From positions 30,033-94,032 of IMG/VR virus record IMGVR_UViG_3300032007_000052: 64,000 nucleotides of DNA. One strand, given 5' to 3'. The translations under genes and the position numbers were made by a program. The notes below the pieces were generated by a model. It was not told the origin of the DNA and ran no database searches. It saw nothing but the letters and a program-made list of their open reading frames with translations. Below, piece by piece: positions 47,674 to 59,065 of this stretch. The number at the start of each line of letters is the position of its first letter. Position 1 is the first letter of the stretch. This DNA comes from a virus. Lineage: Duplodnaviria > Caudoviricetes.

Positions 47674-48537
47674 GTGCCACAACGATATTATTGGCTCAAA
47701 TTACAAAATAATTTTTTTTCTGATAAAAGGATGAAAAAACTCAGGAAAATTGCAGGTGGCGATACATACACTGTTATTTATTTAAAAATGATGTTACGGA
47801 GTTTGGAAAATGAGGGGATTTTAGAATTTGAAGGTGTAGAGGAATCTTTTGCTGATGAACTTGCACTTGATCTTGATGAAGATAGTGACAATGTAAAGGT
47901 TACTATTTCGTTTTTATTATCAGCAGGATTGATGGTTGAAATAGATGACAGAACTTATGAATTACCAGAAGTTAAGCGGAATATTGGCAGTGAATCTAAG
48001 TGGGCTGAGAAGAAAAGGAATTATAGATTGAAGGAAAAAACGAGGACATTGTCCTCAGAGTGTCCTTCTCTTGTCACAAAATGTCCGATAGAGATAGAGA
48101 AAGAGATAGAGAAAGAGGGAGATATAGAAGAAGAGAAAGAGGGAGAGTCTGAGAGGGGAAAAACCACAATTCAACTTATTGTTGAAATGTTCAATGATAC
48201 TTGCGTATCATTCCCCAAAGTGACTGCTATATCTGAAAAACGCAAGAAAACGATAAGAGCAAGACTTAACACTTATAATGTTCCTCAAATAAAAGAGGTT
48301 TTTTGCAAAGCTCAGGCTTCTGACTTTCTTAGAGGTAAAAATAATCGAAATTGGGTGGCTAATTTTGACTGGATTATGTCAGATAGTAATTTTGCTAAGA
48401 TACTTGATGGAAATTATGACAATCGAATTCAGACTAACAATTCTAAGACCATTGACAATAACATGAATGAGTGGAGAGATGCATATGAGAAAGCAAAAAG
48501 AAGGGATCAGCAAGATACTGATGGAAAGGATAATTGA
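47674..48537 (+). CDS. phage replication initiator (replisome organizer)
   Basis: RYYWLKL..NFF...KKLRKIAGGDTY..IYLKM; C-terminal W.ANFDW...NF.KIL.GNY. Confidence 0.88.
   Translation: MPQRYYWLKLQNNFFSDKRMKKLRKIAGGDTYTVIYLKMMLRSLENEGILEFEGVEESFADELALDLDEDSDNVKVTISFLLSAGLMVEIDDRTYELPEVKRNIGSESKWAEKKRNYRLKEKTRTLSSECPSLVTKCPIEIEKEIEKEGDIEEEKEGESERGKTTIQLIVEMFNDTCVSFPKVTAISEKRKKTIRARLNTYNVPQIKEVFCKAQASDFLRGKNNRNWVANFDWIMSDSNFAKILDGNYDNRIQTNNSKTIDNNMNEWRDAYEKAKRRDQQDTDGKDN
48042..48160. other. putative replication origin within rep
   Basis: gaggacattgtcctc palindrome then gagatagagaaa purine repeats, mid-gene. Confidence 0.55.
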
Positions 48538-49082
48538 TGACACAAGCAGAGGTTACGGAACTTTTATTTGCAATTCAGAGTTTTTATCCGAACTGGAATA
48601 ATAAGTTAGATAAAGACACTATTGTAAAAATGTATTCGAGAATTTATAAACCCTTTCCGCTGGACCAGTGTTTGGCTGCTTTAGATGATTATGTTAGGAC
48701 AGATACTACTGGTTTTGCTCCTGTTCCTGGCCAACTTATAGGGAGAATAAATAAAGTTAACACTCCTAAACTATTGAATTCTGAAGAGGCATGGAATTTA
48801 GTATTTAAAGCTTTAGGAAATAGTATTTATCATGCTGATGAAGAGTTTGACAAGCTTCCGGAACTTGTCAAAAAAACAATTGGCAGCCCTATATACTTAA
48901 GGGAACTTGCTTCGCTTCCAACTGCTCAGATACAGTCAGTTGAAAAGTCACAATTTATAAAGGTTTACGTCAAAGAGTGCGAAGATGAAATACAAAATCT
49001 AAATATTGATTCTAAGTTAATAGAGAGAATGAAAAATAAAGCTAAAGACGTAATAGAAAATAAAACGTCTGAGACGGTCTAG
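48534..49082 (+). CDS. helicase loader/inhibitor (G39P-like)
   Basis: follows rep; MT..EV..LL..I...YP, F.P.PGQL, EEAW. Confidence 0.65.
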   Translation: MMTQAEVTELLFAIQSFYPNWNNKLDKDTIVKMYSRIYKPFPLDQCLAALDDYVRTDTTGFAPVPGQLIGRINKVNTPKLLNSEEAWNLVFKALGNSIYHADEEFDKLPELVKKTIGSPIYLRELASLPTAQIQSVEKSQFIKVYVKECEDEIQNLNIDSKLIERMKNKAKDVIENKTSETV

Positions 49083-49381
49083 CTTCGCGTTAGACGAGGT
49101 TTGAAATAAATCATGAGGAATCCGTCAACAAAGTAACAAAACCACCTTGTAGAGGAAAATAGAGGGTGTAGAAAGGGTGCCTATGGACGAACAATACACG
49201 ATTCAATGCATGGATGAATTTGGAACATGGCAAATTGCAAGATTTTGTGAGAAGAGTTCTGATTTGGAAAAGACAAAAGAAAGAATGTTGGATGCTTCTA
49301 TTAGATATCCTAAAGCAAAACTAAGAATCGTTAAAAGAAAAATATTTTGTGGTAAGTGGGAACCGCTTGATGAGGTGAAAA

Positions 49382-49627
49382 ATGGTTAAAGTATTCAAGG
49401 TTAAAGTCGATACCAGCTTTTACGAAAAAATCTTAGCAGGACAAAAGACGGCTATTAGAAAGATTTCAGACAGGTATGAAGAACTTGACAAGATTGAATA
49501 TCATGAATTTTCAGATGACGAGCCTACAGGCAGGAGTCTTAAAGTTGTAATTACCAGAATAGATAGGGACTGTGAAGGTCTTATGCCTGGATATGCTTTG
49601 GTGGAATTTAGAAAGTGTGTGCAATGA
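49382..49627 (+). CDS. ASCH/DUF3850-like protein
   Basis: FYEKILAGQK, D.I.Y.E, TGR, GLMPGY. Confidence 0.6.
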   Translation: MVKVFKVKVDTSFYEKILAGQKTAIRKISDRYEELDKIEYHEFSDDEPTGRSLKVVITRIDRDCEGLMPGYALVEFRKCVQ

Positions 49628-50161
49628 CAGCAGATTATATGTTTAATGATAAATTAAAAGAAGGGCTTTATGTAGTTGAGTCGATAGATAGAGTTAAAGA
49701 TTTATATCATATAGGCGATTATTTTTATATAATTAATCCGTTTGCGGATGGTGAAGTTCAAAAAGTCTATGTGGAATATAAATATAGCAAATTTGTTATC
49801 GTAAACAATGGAAAATATAGATGGTCAATCCCGTGGTTTGATTTATGGGAAAAAGAGCGTGGTAAAATCTTATGAAACCTGAATATAGAGTCGTAAAATG
49901 TGATTTTTGTGGGAAAGATATATATAGTGACATCTACAAGATTGATGATAAAATTGTAGAAGAGAAGTATGTATGCCCTTATTGTCATACAAAGTACGAA
50001 AACAATTACGGCATGGTTACGCTTATTCTAGGCTCAGAAGAAGATAGAAAAGAAAAATAATTGGTAGGTCTTACCTGTCCGAACCATTAAACGTGTGTGG
50101 ACATTTGGGATGGTGGATGAAGCACAAAAAGGGTAAATAAATTTTTAAGGGAGAAAATGAT

Positions 50162-50938
50162 ATGTGTAAGGTAATTGCAATCGCAAACCAGAAGGGCGGA
50201 GTTGGTAAGACAACTACTGCAATGAATTTAGGAGCAGGACTTGCTAGAAGTGGGAAGAAGGTTTTGATGATTGATGCGGATCCTCAGGGGTCTTTATCAA
50301 TTTGTTGTGGCTTTTTTGAACCTGAAAAATTGAAAGATACTTTGGCAGACATTATGGAAAAAATGGCTAATGATGAAGAAGTAGGCGAAGGATTCGCGGT
50401 TCTAAATGTTATGGAAAACATGGATTTGATACCATCTAATATTGATTTAGCTGCTGTTGAGGTTGCCTTGATTAGTATTATGAGTAGAGAACTTGTTTTG
50501 AGAGATTATCTGGAGAAGGTAAAAAATAAATATGACTATGTTATTATTGATTGTATGCCTTCTTTGGGAGTTTTGACAACAAATGCTCTTGCGTGTGCTG
50601 ACTCAGTATTGATACCTGTACAAAGCGCGTTTTTGCCTATTAAAGGTCTTCAGGCACTCATCAAAACTATTACCATTGTGAAAAAGAGACTTAATTATAA
50701 GCTTAATGTCGAGGGAATTCTATTAACAATGGTTGATAGAAGAACAACATTTGCAAAGATGATTATTGATGAAGTTCATGAGGGATATGGAAATAGTCTT
50801 CCAGTTCTTGATATTGAGATTCCTTTATCTGTTAGAGCAACAGAAACTTCTGCACTTGGAAAGGATATTTTTGAATATGATCCTAACGGGAAAGTTGCTG
50901 AAGCATATTCTGAATTGACTAAGTATGTAATGAGATAA
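50162..50938 (+). CDS. parA: ParA/Soj partition ATPase
   Basis: [26 protein letters not shown]. Confidence 0.95.
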   Translation: MCKVIAIANQKGGVGKTTTAMNLGAGLARSGKKVLMIDADPQGSLSICCGFFEPEKLKDTLADIMEKMANDEEVGEGFAVLNVMENMDLIPSNIDLAAVEVALISIMSRELVLRDYLEKVKNKYDYVIIDCMPSLGVLTTNALACADSVLIPVQSAFLPIKGLQALIKTITIVKKRLNYKLNVEGILLTMVDRRTTFAKMIIDEVHEGYGNSLPVLDIEIPLSVRATETSALGKDIFEYDPNGKVAEAYSELTKYVMR

Positions 50939-50939
50939 G

Positions 50940-51833
50940 GTGAAAGATATGATAAAAAAAGAGCAGATTCATTTTGCAAGTGTTGATGAGTTGTTAGGTG
51001 CTCCTCAGATTGAGGAAGGCTTAGAAAAGATTGCTGTTGAACTTATTCATCCATTTAAAAATCATCCATTTAAGGTTATAGATGATGACAAAATGGAAGA
51101 TTTGGTTGAGAGCATAAAAGATAATGGGGTTTTAAACCCTGTTATCTTAAGATTAGCAGATCATGGAACTTTTGAAATGATTTCCGGTCACAGAAGGCTT
51201 CATGCAGCTAAGAAGGCTGGGCTTGAAAAGATTCCGGCTATTGTAAAGAATTATGATGACGATGAAGCTATTTTGGTGATGGTAGATAGTAATGTTCAAA
51301 GAGAGGAAGTTCTTCCAAGTGAACGTGCATGGTCACTAAAAATGAAGATGGATGTAATGGAAAAGAGACAGGGTAAAAGAAATGATTTAACTTCGTGCAC
51401 TCAATGCACGAAGTCATCAGCGGAAATAGCCGGAGAAAATTATGGATTAAAAAAACGTCAAGTTTTAAATTACATTCGATTGACAGAACTTATTCCTGAA
51501 TTACTTAGTTTGGTTGACCTAAAGAAAATATCAATAGTTTTAGGAGTGGATATCTCATATTTTGATAAAGAGCTTCAACAATGGATATTGGAATATTTCA
51601 ACGAGCATGGGGCTTTGAAACCTATCCAAATTCAAGCTGTTAAAGATGCATCTGGAGAATTAACTCAAGATAGAGTTATAGAACTTATGGATGCTGCAAT
51701 CACTAAAAAGGCTTCCAGAAAAGTGTCTATATCTGAAAAGACGTTAGATAGATATTTTCCTGAAGATTATGATGCAAAAAAGAGAGAGCAGATAATTATA
51801 AGTTTATTGGAACAATGGTCGGCAAATTTGTAG
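50940..51833 (+). CDS. parB: ParB partition protein
   Basis: SI..NGVLNPVI, ISGHRR, DSNVQR, HTH. Confidence 0.93.
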   Translation: MKDMIKKEQIHFASVDELLGAPQIEEGLEKIAVELIHPFKNHPFKVIDDDKMEDLVESIKDNGVLNPVILRLADHGTFEMISGHRRLHAAKKAGLEKIPAIVKNYDDDEAILVMVDSNVQREEVLPSERAWSLKMKMDVMEKRQGKRNDLTSCTQCTKSSAEIAGENYGLKKRQVLNYIRLTELIPELLSLVDLKKISIVLGVDISYFDKELQQWILEYFNEHGALKPIQIQAVKDASGELTQDRVIELMDAAITKKASRKVSISEKTLDRYFPEDYDAKKREQIIISLLEQWSANL

Positions 51834-52188
51834 AGGTATAAATATGGATTATGTTACAGGGGATGAACTTAAAAGACTGGTTATGGAAGGCGCTATGCTG
51901 TCGAAAGATATTCAACTTATGGTAATAAAATGGGCTGATAAGAACCATATTAGTAGAGTTGACGCGGGAAGATTCATTTTCAAGGATATTTATGAACAAT
52001 ATATAAAGGCGATGAACGCATGGGATGAGATTGAAAAACTCAGTGACGAGGAATTTAAAAATACTATGCAAGCTATTGAAAGAAGCAATAAAAAACGAAT
52101 TAAAAAGTTCCTAGATGGTCAATGATTCAACTTCGTGCACTCAATGCACGAAGTCAAAAACAACTTCGTGCACTTAATGCACGAAGTT
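51390..52188. promoter_or_regulatory. three parS-like palindromes
   Basis: acttcgtgca-N5-tgcacgaagt at 51390, 52130, 52163. Confidence 0.75.
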
Positions 52189-52203
52189 AGTTTGGAGGCG
52201 CGA

Positions 52204-53409
52204 ATGGAGTTTTACGACACATGTGCTTTACTTAACAGTTATGATTCCTTGCAAGGAAAAAAGTTTGTGATTTCAGAAATTTCTTTGAGGGAACTTGAAG
52301 AAATCAAGTCTAGTAGGTCAAAAGATGAAGAGGCAAAATTTAAGGCTAGACAAGTTTCAAAGGTGCTATTAGAGAATGCAAAAAACATTGAAATTGTGAG
52401 GTTTACTGAGGGTGTAAGTAAGCTTTGGAAAGTAAATGAGCTTGCAGATAATAATGACGGGAAAATCATTGCTAGTGTGCTGTGGTATTCAATTCATATA
52501 AACCAGGACATTGTATTTGTGTGTGACGATGTGTGTTGTAGACTTAATGCTGTTAAACTGGGGATTGAGAATCGAGGAAGTTGTAATCATATAGAGGATT
52601 ATAGAGGCTACTTAGAAGTAACTATGACCGAAGATAATATGGCTTCCTTTTTTCAGAATCCATCAGAAAATATTTATGAGCTTAATGTGAATGAGTATTT
52701 GATAATTGATAATCTTGAGAAAGACAACGTATATAAGTGGAATGGGGAAATTTATGAAAAAGTTGATTTTCAATCTTGGAAGAGCGAAACGTGGGGGTGT
52801 GTTAAGCCAAGAGACGCGGTTCAGCAGTGCGCTTTTGACTCAATCATGAATAATAAGATTACTCTTCTATTTGGAAGAGCAGGTTCCGGAAAAACACTTA
52901 TTCCTATGGCTTTTGCTGAGATTGCTTTGAAAAAAGGAATTTATGATAAAGAGACTTTTATTTATTCATACGATGTTCTTAAGGGTTCTAAAGATCTAGG
53001 GTATGAAAAGGGAGACCATACGACTAAACTTTTGAACTATGGTGCTATTGGTAATATTCTTTCGACTAAATTCGGGGATATGGTGGAGGTTGAAAGAAAG
53101 ATTGACGATGGTGTTTTGCAGATTTTCCCGACAGCCTATATAAGAGGTATGTCAATTTGCAAGAGTGTTGTGATTATAACTGAAGCGCAAAATCTGGATA
53201 GCTATACTCTTAAGACTATTATTCAGAGATGTGAAGACGACTGTAAAATCATTATTGAAGGAGATATGATTGAACAGGCAGATACAAACGTAACGATGCG
53301 TGGTATGAGACGTTTTATAGAAGTCTTTAAGGGTCAGGATTTTGTTGGTATTGTGAAACTTCGTGAAAATTATAGGTCAGCATATGGTGAGCTGGCAGAT
53401 AGGATGTGA
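52204..53409 (+). CDS. phoH: PIN-PhoH family protein
   Basis: YDT..L, NNDGKII (PIN); GRAGSGKT, YIRGMS, EAQN, EGD..Q.D. Confidence 0.9.
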   Translation: MEFYDTCALLNSYDSLQGKKFVISEISLRELEEIKSSRSKDEEAKFKARQVSKVLLENAKNIEIVRFTEGVSKLWKVNELADNNDGKIIASVLWYSIHINQDIVFVCDDVCCRLNAVKLGIENRGSCNHIEDYRGYLEVTMTEDNMASFFQNPSENIYELNVNEYLIIDNLEKDNVYKWNGEIYEKVDFQSWKSETWGCVKPRDAVQQCAFDSIMNNKITLLFGRAGSGKTLIPMAFAEIALKKGIYDKETFIYSYDVLKGSKDLGYEKGDHTTKLLNYGAIGNILSTKFGDMVEVERKIDDGVLQIFPTAYIRGMSICKSVVIITEAQNLDSYTLKTIIQRCEDDCKIIIEGDMIEQADTNVTMRGMRRFIEVFKGQDFVGIVKLRENYRSAYGELADRM

Positions 53410-54345
53410 GATGAGTAGGAAAGAATATATTGAGGCTTATGAGTTTATGACTGAGTATGAGAAGGAACTTATGAATAGGCTTTACATGTTAGGGATAAAC
53501 CATGATGGACATTCTTGGGTGACTTATGGAGATGTAGAAGAAGTTGTGGGAAAAATAATTTTAGGAAGAACTAAGGGAGAAAAATAATGCATTTTTTAGG
53601 ACACAAGTTAAGAGATAGTGATTATTGTAAATGTAAAGATAGAAAAGGACATACTGCGGTTGTAGATGATGAAGGTTACTGGGATGTTTGCACTAAATGT
53701 AATAGACCTATAATGGATGGATTCCATTATTACAATCACTATGATGGGGAAGACCACTGCGATATTGACATGGAAATATATTATTGATCATGCAAACGAA
53801 AGGAATTTTATGACTGAGTACGAAAAAGAGTTTTTTGTTTCAGTAATAGGTAAGGAACCAACTAAGTTGCAAGAGAGAAGATGGGATGCTTTCAAGGGAA
53901 TGATATACAAAGATCATAAGTGTGAGTCTGACAAAACTTTCAAGACAATATTTAAGATGGGGTGAGTATGGTTTACGTAAAAGATTGTCCGTTAGGGGTT
54001 AGGGGACTTCCAGTTAAAAGATTCTATATTGACGGAGTTCCACAAGAGTATTGTTTGGGGTGGTATGACCACGAAAACGAACGTATTCAAAAGGAATGCA
54101 AAGAATGTAAAGATTATGTTAATGGGAAACAGTGCTGCAAAGATTTTAGGGAGGCTAGAAGACGTGGAACTAAGCGAGGCATACAAAACAAAAAGTAATG
54201 GATCATTTGATGTTATAATGCCAACTTTTGCATAACATAGGCTTCATCCCACAGGCTTGCCTGTGGGATGAAGCCTTTTCTTTTTGACATATGCATAGAA
54301 ATAATATATAATCTATGTAATAAATACATGAGGTACACAAAAATT

Positions 54346-54798
54346 ATGGATAAAACCTACAAAGCAATTCAATACAAAGTAACCACACATCATGATGCAG
54401 TTGTGGACAAGGAAGAACCTTGGAATAATTCTCCCGCATATGACACATTTGAAATGAGATATTGTATAGTGTCAACCGATACCGGTGAGGTTCTTGATGA
54501 TGCTCAGGGGTATGGGTATAAAACAGCGCAAAAGGCATATGCCGCTTTTGCATATAAAAATAGAGACAAGAGTAAAGATAAGGAACGTCTTGCAAAAAAG
54601 CGACATATTGAACAATGGATGAAAAAGAACAAGCCTTTTGTAAAACTGATGGATTCCTATGCATTTGAGATTGCTAAAGGTACAATGGCTCCCGACGATA
54701 AATTTGACGCAAAGTTTGTGAGGAAGCTTTTAAGAGAAGAAAGTTTGGAACCCGACTTTACAGCTGGTGAATTATTGAAAGTATGGAGGGGCAGATAA
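54346..54798 (+). CDS. IS passenger hypothetical protein
   Basis: ORF inside the element. Confidence 0.65.
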   Translation: MDKTYKAIQYKVTTHHDAVVDKEEPWNNSPAYDTFEMRYCIVSTDTGEVLDDAQGYGYKTAQKAYAAFAYKNRDKSKDKERLAKKRHIEQWMKKNKPFVKLMDSYAFEIAKGTMAPDDKFDAKFVRKLLREESLEPDFTAGELLKVWRGR

Positions 54799-54981
54799 AT
54801 GGCACGACCTAAAAGCGATAACGTACAAATCAACATTTCCATACCTTCTGAGTGGAAAAAAGAACTTGAAAACCTTGCACGTATTTATTCCGTTGAAGAA
54901 GGTAAAACCATAACTTTTCTTGACCTGATGCGTAGGGGCATTCAGGAAAAATATCAGTTAGGAGTAAAGGGCAATGAATGA
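54799..54981 (+). CDS. ribbon-helix-helix regulator
   Basis: QINISIP.EW..EL...A, T..DLMRRGI. Confidence 0.7.
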   Translation: MARPKSDNVQINISIPSEWKKELENLARIYSVEEGKTITFLDLMRRGIQEKYQLGVKGNE

Positions 54982-55387
54982 AGAGCAATATCATAGTGCT
55001 TCGCATTGCAAATATCTGATACAGTACCACATTATATGGTGTCCTAAATTTAGATTTTCAGTATTAAAAGGTAATGTTGAAGATACACTCAAGCTGATAC
55101 TTCAAAAAATCTGCAATGATTATAATTATCGTATTAAGGCACTTGAAGTAATGCCTGACCATATACATATTTTCATAGATGCCCCACAGACTGTTGCACC
55201 ATGTGATGTTGTCAGAACTCTTAAAAGTATCAGTGCAATAGAACTATTCAGGGCGTTTCCGCAGCTTAAACAATTCTATGCAAGATGTGGCGTTTTGTGG
55301 TCAAAAGGATATTTTGTATCAACAGTAGGGCATATAAGCGAAGCTACGGTAATTAGGTACATTGAGGAGCAGAAAAATCATGATTGA
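54974..55387 (+). CDS. tnpA: IS200-family Y1 transposase
   Basis: YHIIWCPKFR, MPDHIHIF (HUH), LWSKGYF, YIEEQ. Confidence 0.96.
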   Translation: MNEEQYHSASHCKYLIQYHIIWCPKFRFSVLKGNVEDTLKLILQKICNDYNYRIKALEVMPDHIHIFIDAPQTVAPCDVVRTLKSISAIELFRAFPQLKQFYARCGVLWSKGYFVSTVGHISEATVIRYIEEQKNHD

Positions 55388-56990
55388 TGGAGAATACAAG
55401 AAGATTCTGAAACAATATCATAAACTTTCTGGCAGGCATATTTTAGTCGCTGAGACTGATATGCCTTATTCTGATGTGCTTAAGATTGTGATCCTTTCTG
55501 ATAAAATCCGCAAGGCAGGCAATGAACTTGTTGGTCTTATGAGAAAGAATTATGATCAGCTTTTTCGAACAAAGAGGTATCGCAAACTATTATTCCTTTA
55601 TGGCAACACAGGAGATAAAGTTAAACGCAAAATTCTTGCTAATCAGCTTAATGAAATGCAGAAATCCTATAATGTCACATGGGATTACTGTAGAAAATCT
55701 ATGATTCCAATAGGCAAAAAGTATGGTGTCGATGCTGTCTTTGCTCTAACCAAAGCCGAAGATGTTTGGCATGGTGTGGAAAAATGTCTGTATGGTAATG
55801 GCAGGACCATACATTTTTCAAAATATGGAGAACTGCCTTGTATCCGAGCAAAACAAATAAACCGTGGTATTCCTATATCCGTAAAAGATAATAGATTGCA
55901 GTTCAAACTTGGAAAGACAACTTTCGGGATACAGGCAGATGACAGGTTTCAAACAGACGAAGTAAATGCTGTTTTAGCTTATCTTGCTGAACCTGAGATT
56001 ATGGATAAAAAAGCTGTTAATACACTCATTGAAGATGCCTATTGTGTAGATACATACAGACCTTGCTATGCCACACTCGTTCCCAAAATGATAAGGGGTA
56101 AATACCGAGTATATTTACACTTAACTATTGAAGGTAAGGCGAAACCGAAATACGATAAATATGGCAATCTCCGTCATAAATACGGCAAAGGTATGATAGG
56201 TGCGGATATTGGCACTCAGACCATTGCCTACACTTCTAATATAGAGGTAGGGTTGAAGAACCTTTCGGAGCGTGGCAATAGTATACAGACTTCCGAACGG
56301 AAAGAACGTCTGCTCTATCGAGCTATGGACAGGTCAAGGAAAGCAACCAACCCACAGAATTACAATGATGATGGTACTGTAAAGAAAGGTCATAAGACTT
56401 GGAAATATTCAAATCATTATAAGAAACTGAGAGCCAGACATTCTGAATTATGTCGCATCAATGCTGTAAACAGAAATCTTGCAATAAAAGAGGATGTAAA
56501 TCACTTGCGGAGTCTTGGAGATGTATTTGTTACTGAGCCTAAAAATGCAAGTAAGCTCATGAAGCGAGCCATAAAAACCACTAAGAATTACAAGGGTAGA
56601 TTTAACAGGAAAAAGCGGTTCGGTAAATCCATAAAAAACAGATGCCCCGGAGGTTTTCAGTCAAATGTAGAGAAGAAATTCAAAGCCACAGGTGGCACAT
56701 ATATAGAAGTCCCGAATAACTACAGGGCTTCGCAGTATGACCATACAGCAGATGACTATATAAAAAAGAAGCTGTCCGACAGATTGTTTAAACTACATGA
56801 TGGTACTGAAGTACAGAGAGATTGGTATTCATCGTTCTTACTATACTGCTATGATCATATGACACATGATATAGATAAAAATAAATGCAATACAAAATTT
56901 GAGGAACAATACAACAGAGAAAAAGCCTTAATCACTTGGATTAAGGCTAATAAACTTAAAATATTAAACAGTGGAATTAAAATAGCTTAA
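55380..56990 (+). CDS. tnpB: large TnpB-family nuclease
   Basis: RuvC GADIG / VTEP / QRDWYSSF all retain acidic residues. Confidence 0.85.
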   Translation: MIDGEYKKILKQYHKLSGRHILVAETDMPYSDVLKIVILSDKIRKAGNELVGLMRKNYDQLFRTKRYRKLLFLYGNTGDKVKRKILANQLNEMQKSYNVTWDYCRKSMIPIGKKYGVDAVFALTKAEDVWHGVEKCLYGNGRTIHFSKYGELPCIRAKQINRGIPISVKDNRLQFKLGKTTFGIQADDRFQTDEVNAVLAYLAEPEIMDKKAVNTLIEDAYCVDTYRPCYATLVPKMIRGKYRVYLHLTIEGKAKPKYDKYGNLRHKYGKGMIGADIGTQTIAYTSNIEVGLKNLSERGNSIQTSERKERLLYRAMDRSRKATNPQNYNDDGTVKKGHKTWKYSNHYKKLRARHSELCRINAVNRNLAIKEDVNHLRSLGDVFVTEPKNASKLMKRAIKTTKNYKGRFNRKKRFGKSIKNRCPGGFQSNVEKKFKATGGTYIEVPNNYRASQYDHTADDYIKKKLSDRLFKLHDGTEVQRDWYSSFLLYCYDHMTHDIDKNKCNTKFEEQYNREKALITWIKANKLKILNSGIKIA

Positions 56991-58189
56991 CAACTTAATA
57001 ATCAGGGAGATTGACTGTACTTCCTTGCTTAAAAGCAAAAATTTACCGCTAATGTGGTCGTTGGATTGCTTGGTAATAAAAGTCCTGATTCAAACAGATT
57101 TACACTTGTAACTCCAAAGTCTGAGAATGATGTACGATTACAAGCTACGCTTGCCAACCAGAACCCCACGGGCTTGCCCGTGGGTACAGTCAGAGAAATT
57201 GGGGAATATAAGGGACATAGATACGAAATAGGTTTCACGTTTGGACCGGTTGCTTATGTTGAAATGGATAACTGTCTGACAGACGAAGAAGCTGATGAAA
57301 TTCCCGTACACGGGGGGGTAACATTTAAATGTTATGGTGAGGAAACTGGAAAACGATGCGAAGATGATTTCATAGAGAATGAGAAATTTTACATCGGATG
57401 GGATTATCAACATTATGGAGATAAAAGTGTTTATTCGTGGGGACCTTCGCTTGAGGGTAAAGAGTGGACTAGGGATGAAATTGTTGCAGAGATTTACGCA
57501 GTAATTGAATTGTTGGAGAGGAAGAAATGAGAGCATTAGAAGATATCAAAAAGAATTTAGCTAAACGTGGGTACACATTAGCGGAAGAAGCTTTGTATGG
57601 GCTTTGTTTTACTAATTCACATGGAAAACTGGGAAAGACTTCGATTGTTGTTTCGTTTAACGGGGGTTGGGAACATGTATCTATATGCGGCAATAATGGA
57701 TTACCGACATGGCCTATGATGTGTGAGCTTAAGGATGCGTGTTGGAAAGAGGATGAGGAAGTTTACCAGATTCATCCTAAGAAGGAAGAATACGTAAATA
57801 TTATGGAGAACTGTTTACATTTATGGAAACCTATTGAGAAGTATGTAGGAAAGATGCCGTCGCCGAATGAATAAGATAATGTGTTTTTTAACAGGTGGTC
57901 ATAGATATAAGGCTTCAAATTTGCAAAGTCATATTGATGAAACTTACCTTGTGCATTTTACTAATTGTTGCGTTAAGTGTGGAAAAGAATATACATACAC
58001 GATTCCATATGTAAACTTATTGGGTGATTTCTATGAGAGAAAAGGGAATAAAAGCTGCAATAAAGATGGTGAAAGATAATTATGAATTGGCTGATAAGAA
58101 TGTTTACGTTAAAAAACCTTTATCTTATGCTTTGTATAAAACTTGGAGACATTTCAACGAAATAGAGAAACCAAGAAAGGTAAAAATAG

Positions 58190-58781
58190 ATGAATGATTG
58201 GATAGGCGATACGAACAGTGTAATGAAAATGCTTGCTGCATCAAACCATTGCGAAGAAGAACGGGCTGAGCATGATTATTACGCTACCGAACCAAAAGCA
58301 ATTGATTGCTTGCTAGAAAAAGCTAAACTCGATAAGAACATATGGGAAGTTGCCGCAGGGGAAGGACATTTATCAAAAAGACTTATTGAACTCGGCTACA
58401 ATGTAAAGTCTACAGATCTTGTATATCGCGGTTTTTGTGCGGGGGGGGGTGGACTTTCTTTCATGCAAAGACATATGGGATGGGGATATCTTAACTAATC
58501 CACCTTATAAGTTTGCTTTGGAATTTTGTGAACATGCACTTGACCTTTTGACTGAAGGACATAGTGCATGGATGTTCGTAAAAGTGCAATTCCTAGAGGG
58601 TAAAGCGCGTAGAAAATTGTTTGACACTAAGCAATTAAAGGCTATATATGTATCAACTGGGCGAATTAAATGTGCGAAAAATGGAGATTTTGAGCATATG
58701 AATGGAAGTGCGGTTGCTTATATGTGGGCGCAATTCACCAAGGGATATAACGGACGACCAACAGTCTACTGGATAAATTAA
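58190..58781 (+). pseudogene. amino (N6A/N4C) methyltransferase split at a G9 tract
   Basis: DYYATEP, WEVAAGEG in ORF1; ILTNPPY in ORF2; G9 58441-58449; G8 gives CAGGVDFL. Confidence 0.85.
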
Positions 58782-59065
58782 ACTAAGGGGAAATAATAAT
58801 ATGACAAAGGATAAAGAAAATTGGGATTTCGTTCTTCCAAATAAAAACATTGTATCAGGAATTATAAAAGTATATTGTGATACTGCGGATAGCATAGATG
58901 AATTAAAGAAAGAAGCTGATGAACAGAATCTGACATTAAAAGATTATGTAGATTCGAATGCAGATGCTTCTTTTCGCATGGGATTATATTTGGGTGGAAT
59001 GGAAACGATAAGAAGTGTAATGAAATTTATGTTAGGGGTAGAAAGGTTCAATGAGGTAATGGGAG

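Larger units (their letters stand above)
54212..57193 (+). mobile_element. IS200/IS605 element with tnpA, large tnpB and two passenger genes
   Basis: hairpins cccacaggcttgcctgtggg (~54248) and cccacgggcttgcccgtggg (57165); preceded by TTGAT, ends TCAG; boundaries +/-1. Confidence 0.8.

Noticed and set aside
57054-57193. N-terminus of ORF 57054..57530
   Set aside because: Read-through across the IS right end; the native start is probably 54198.
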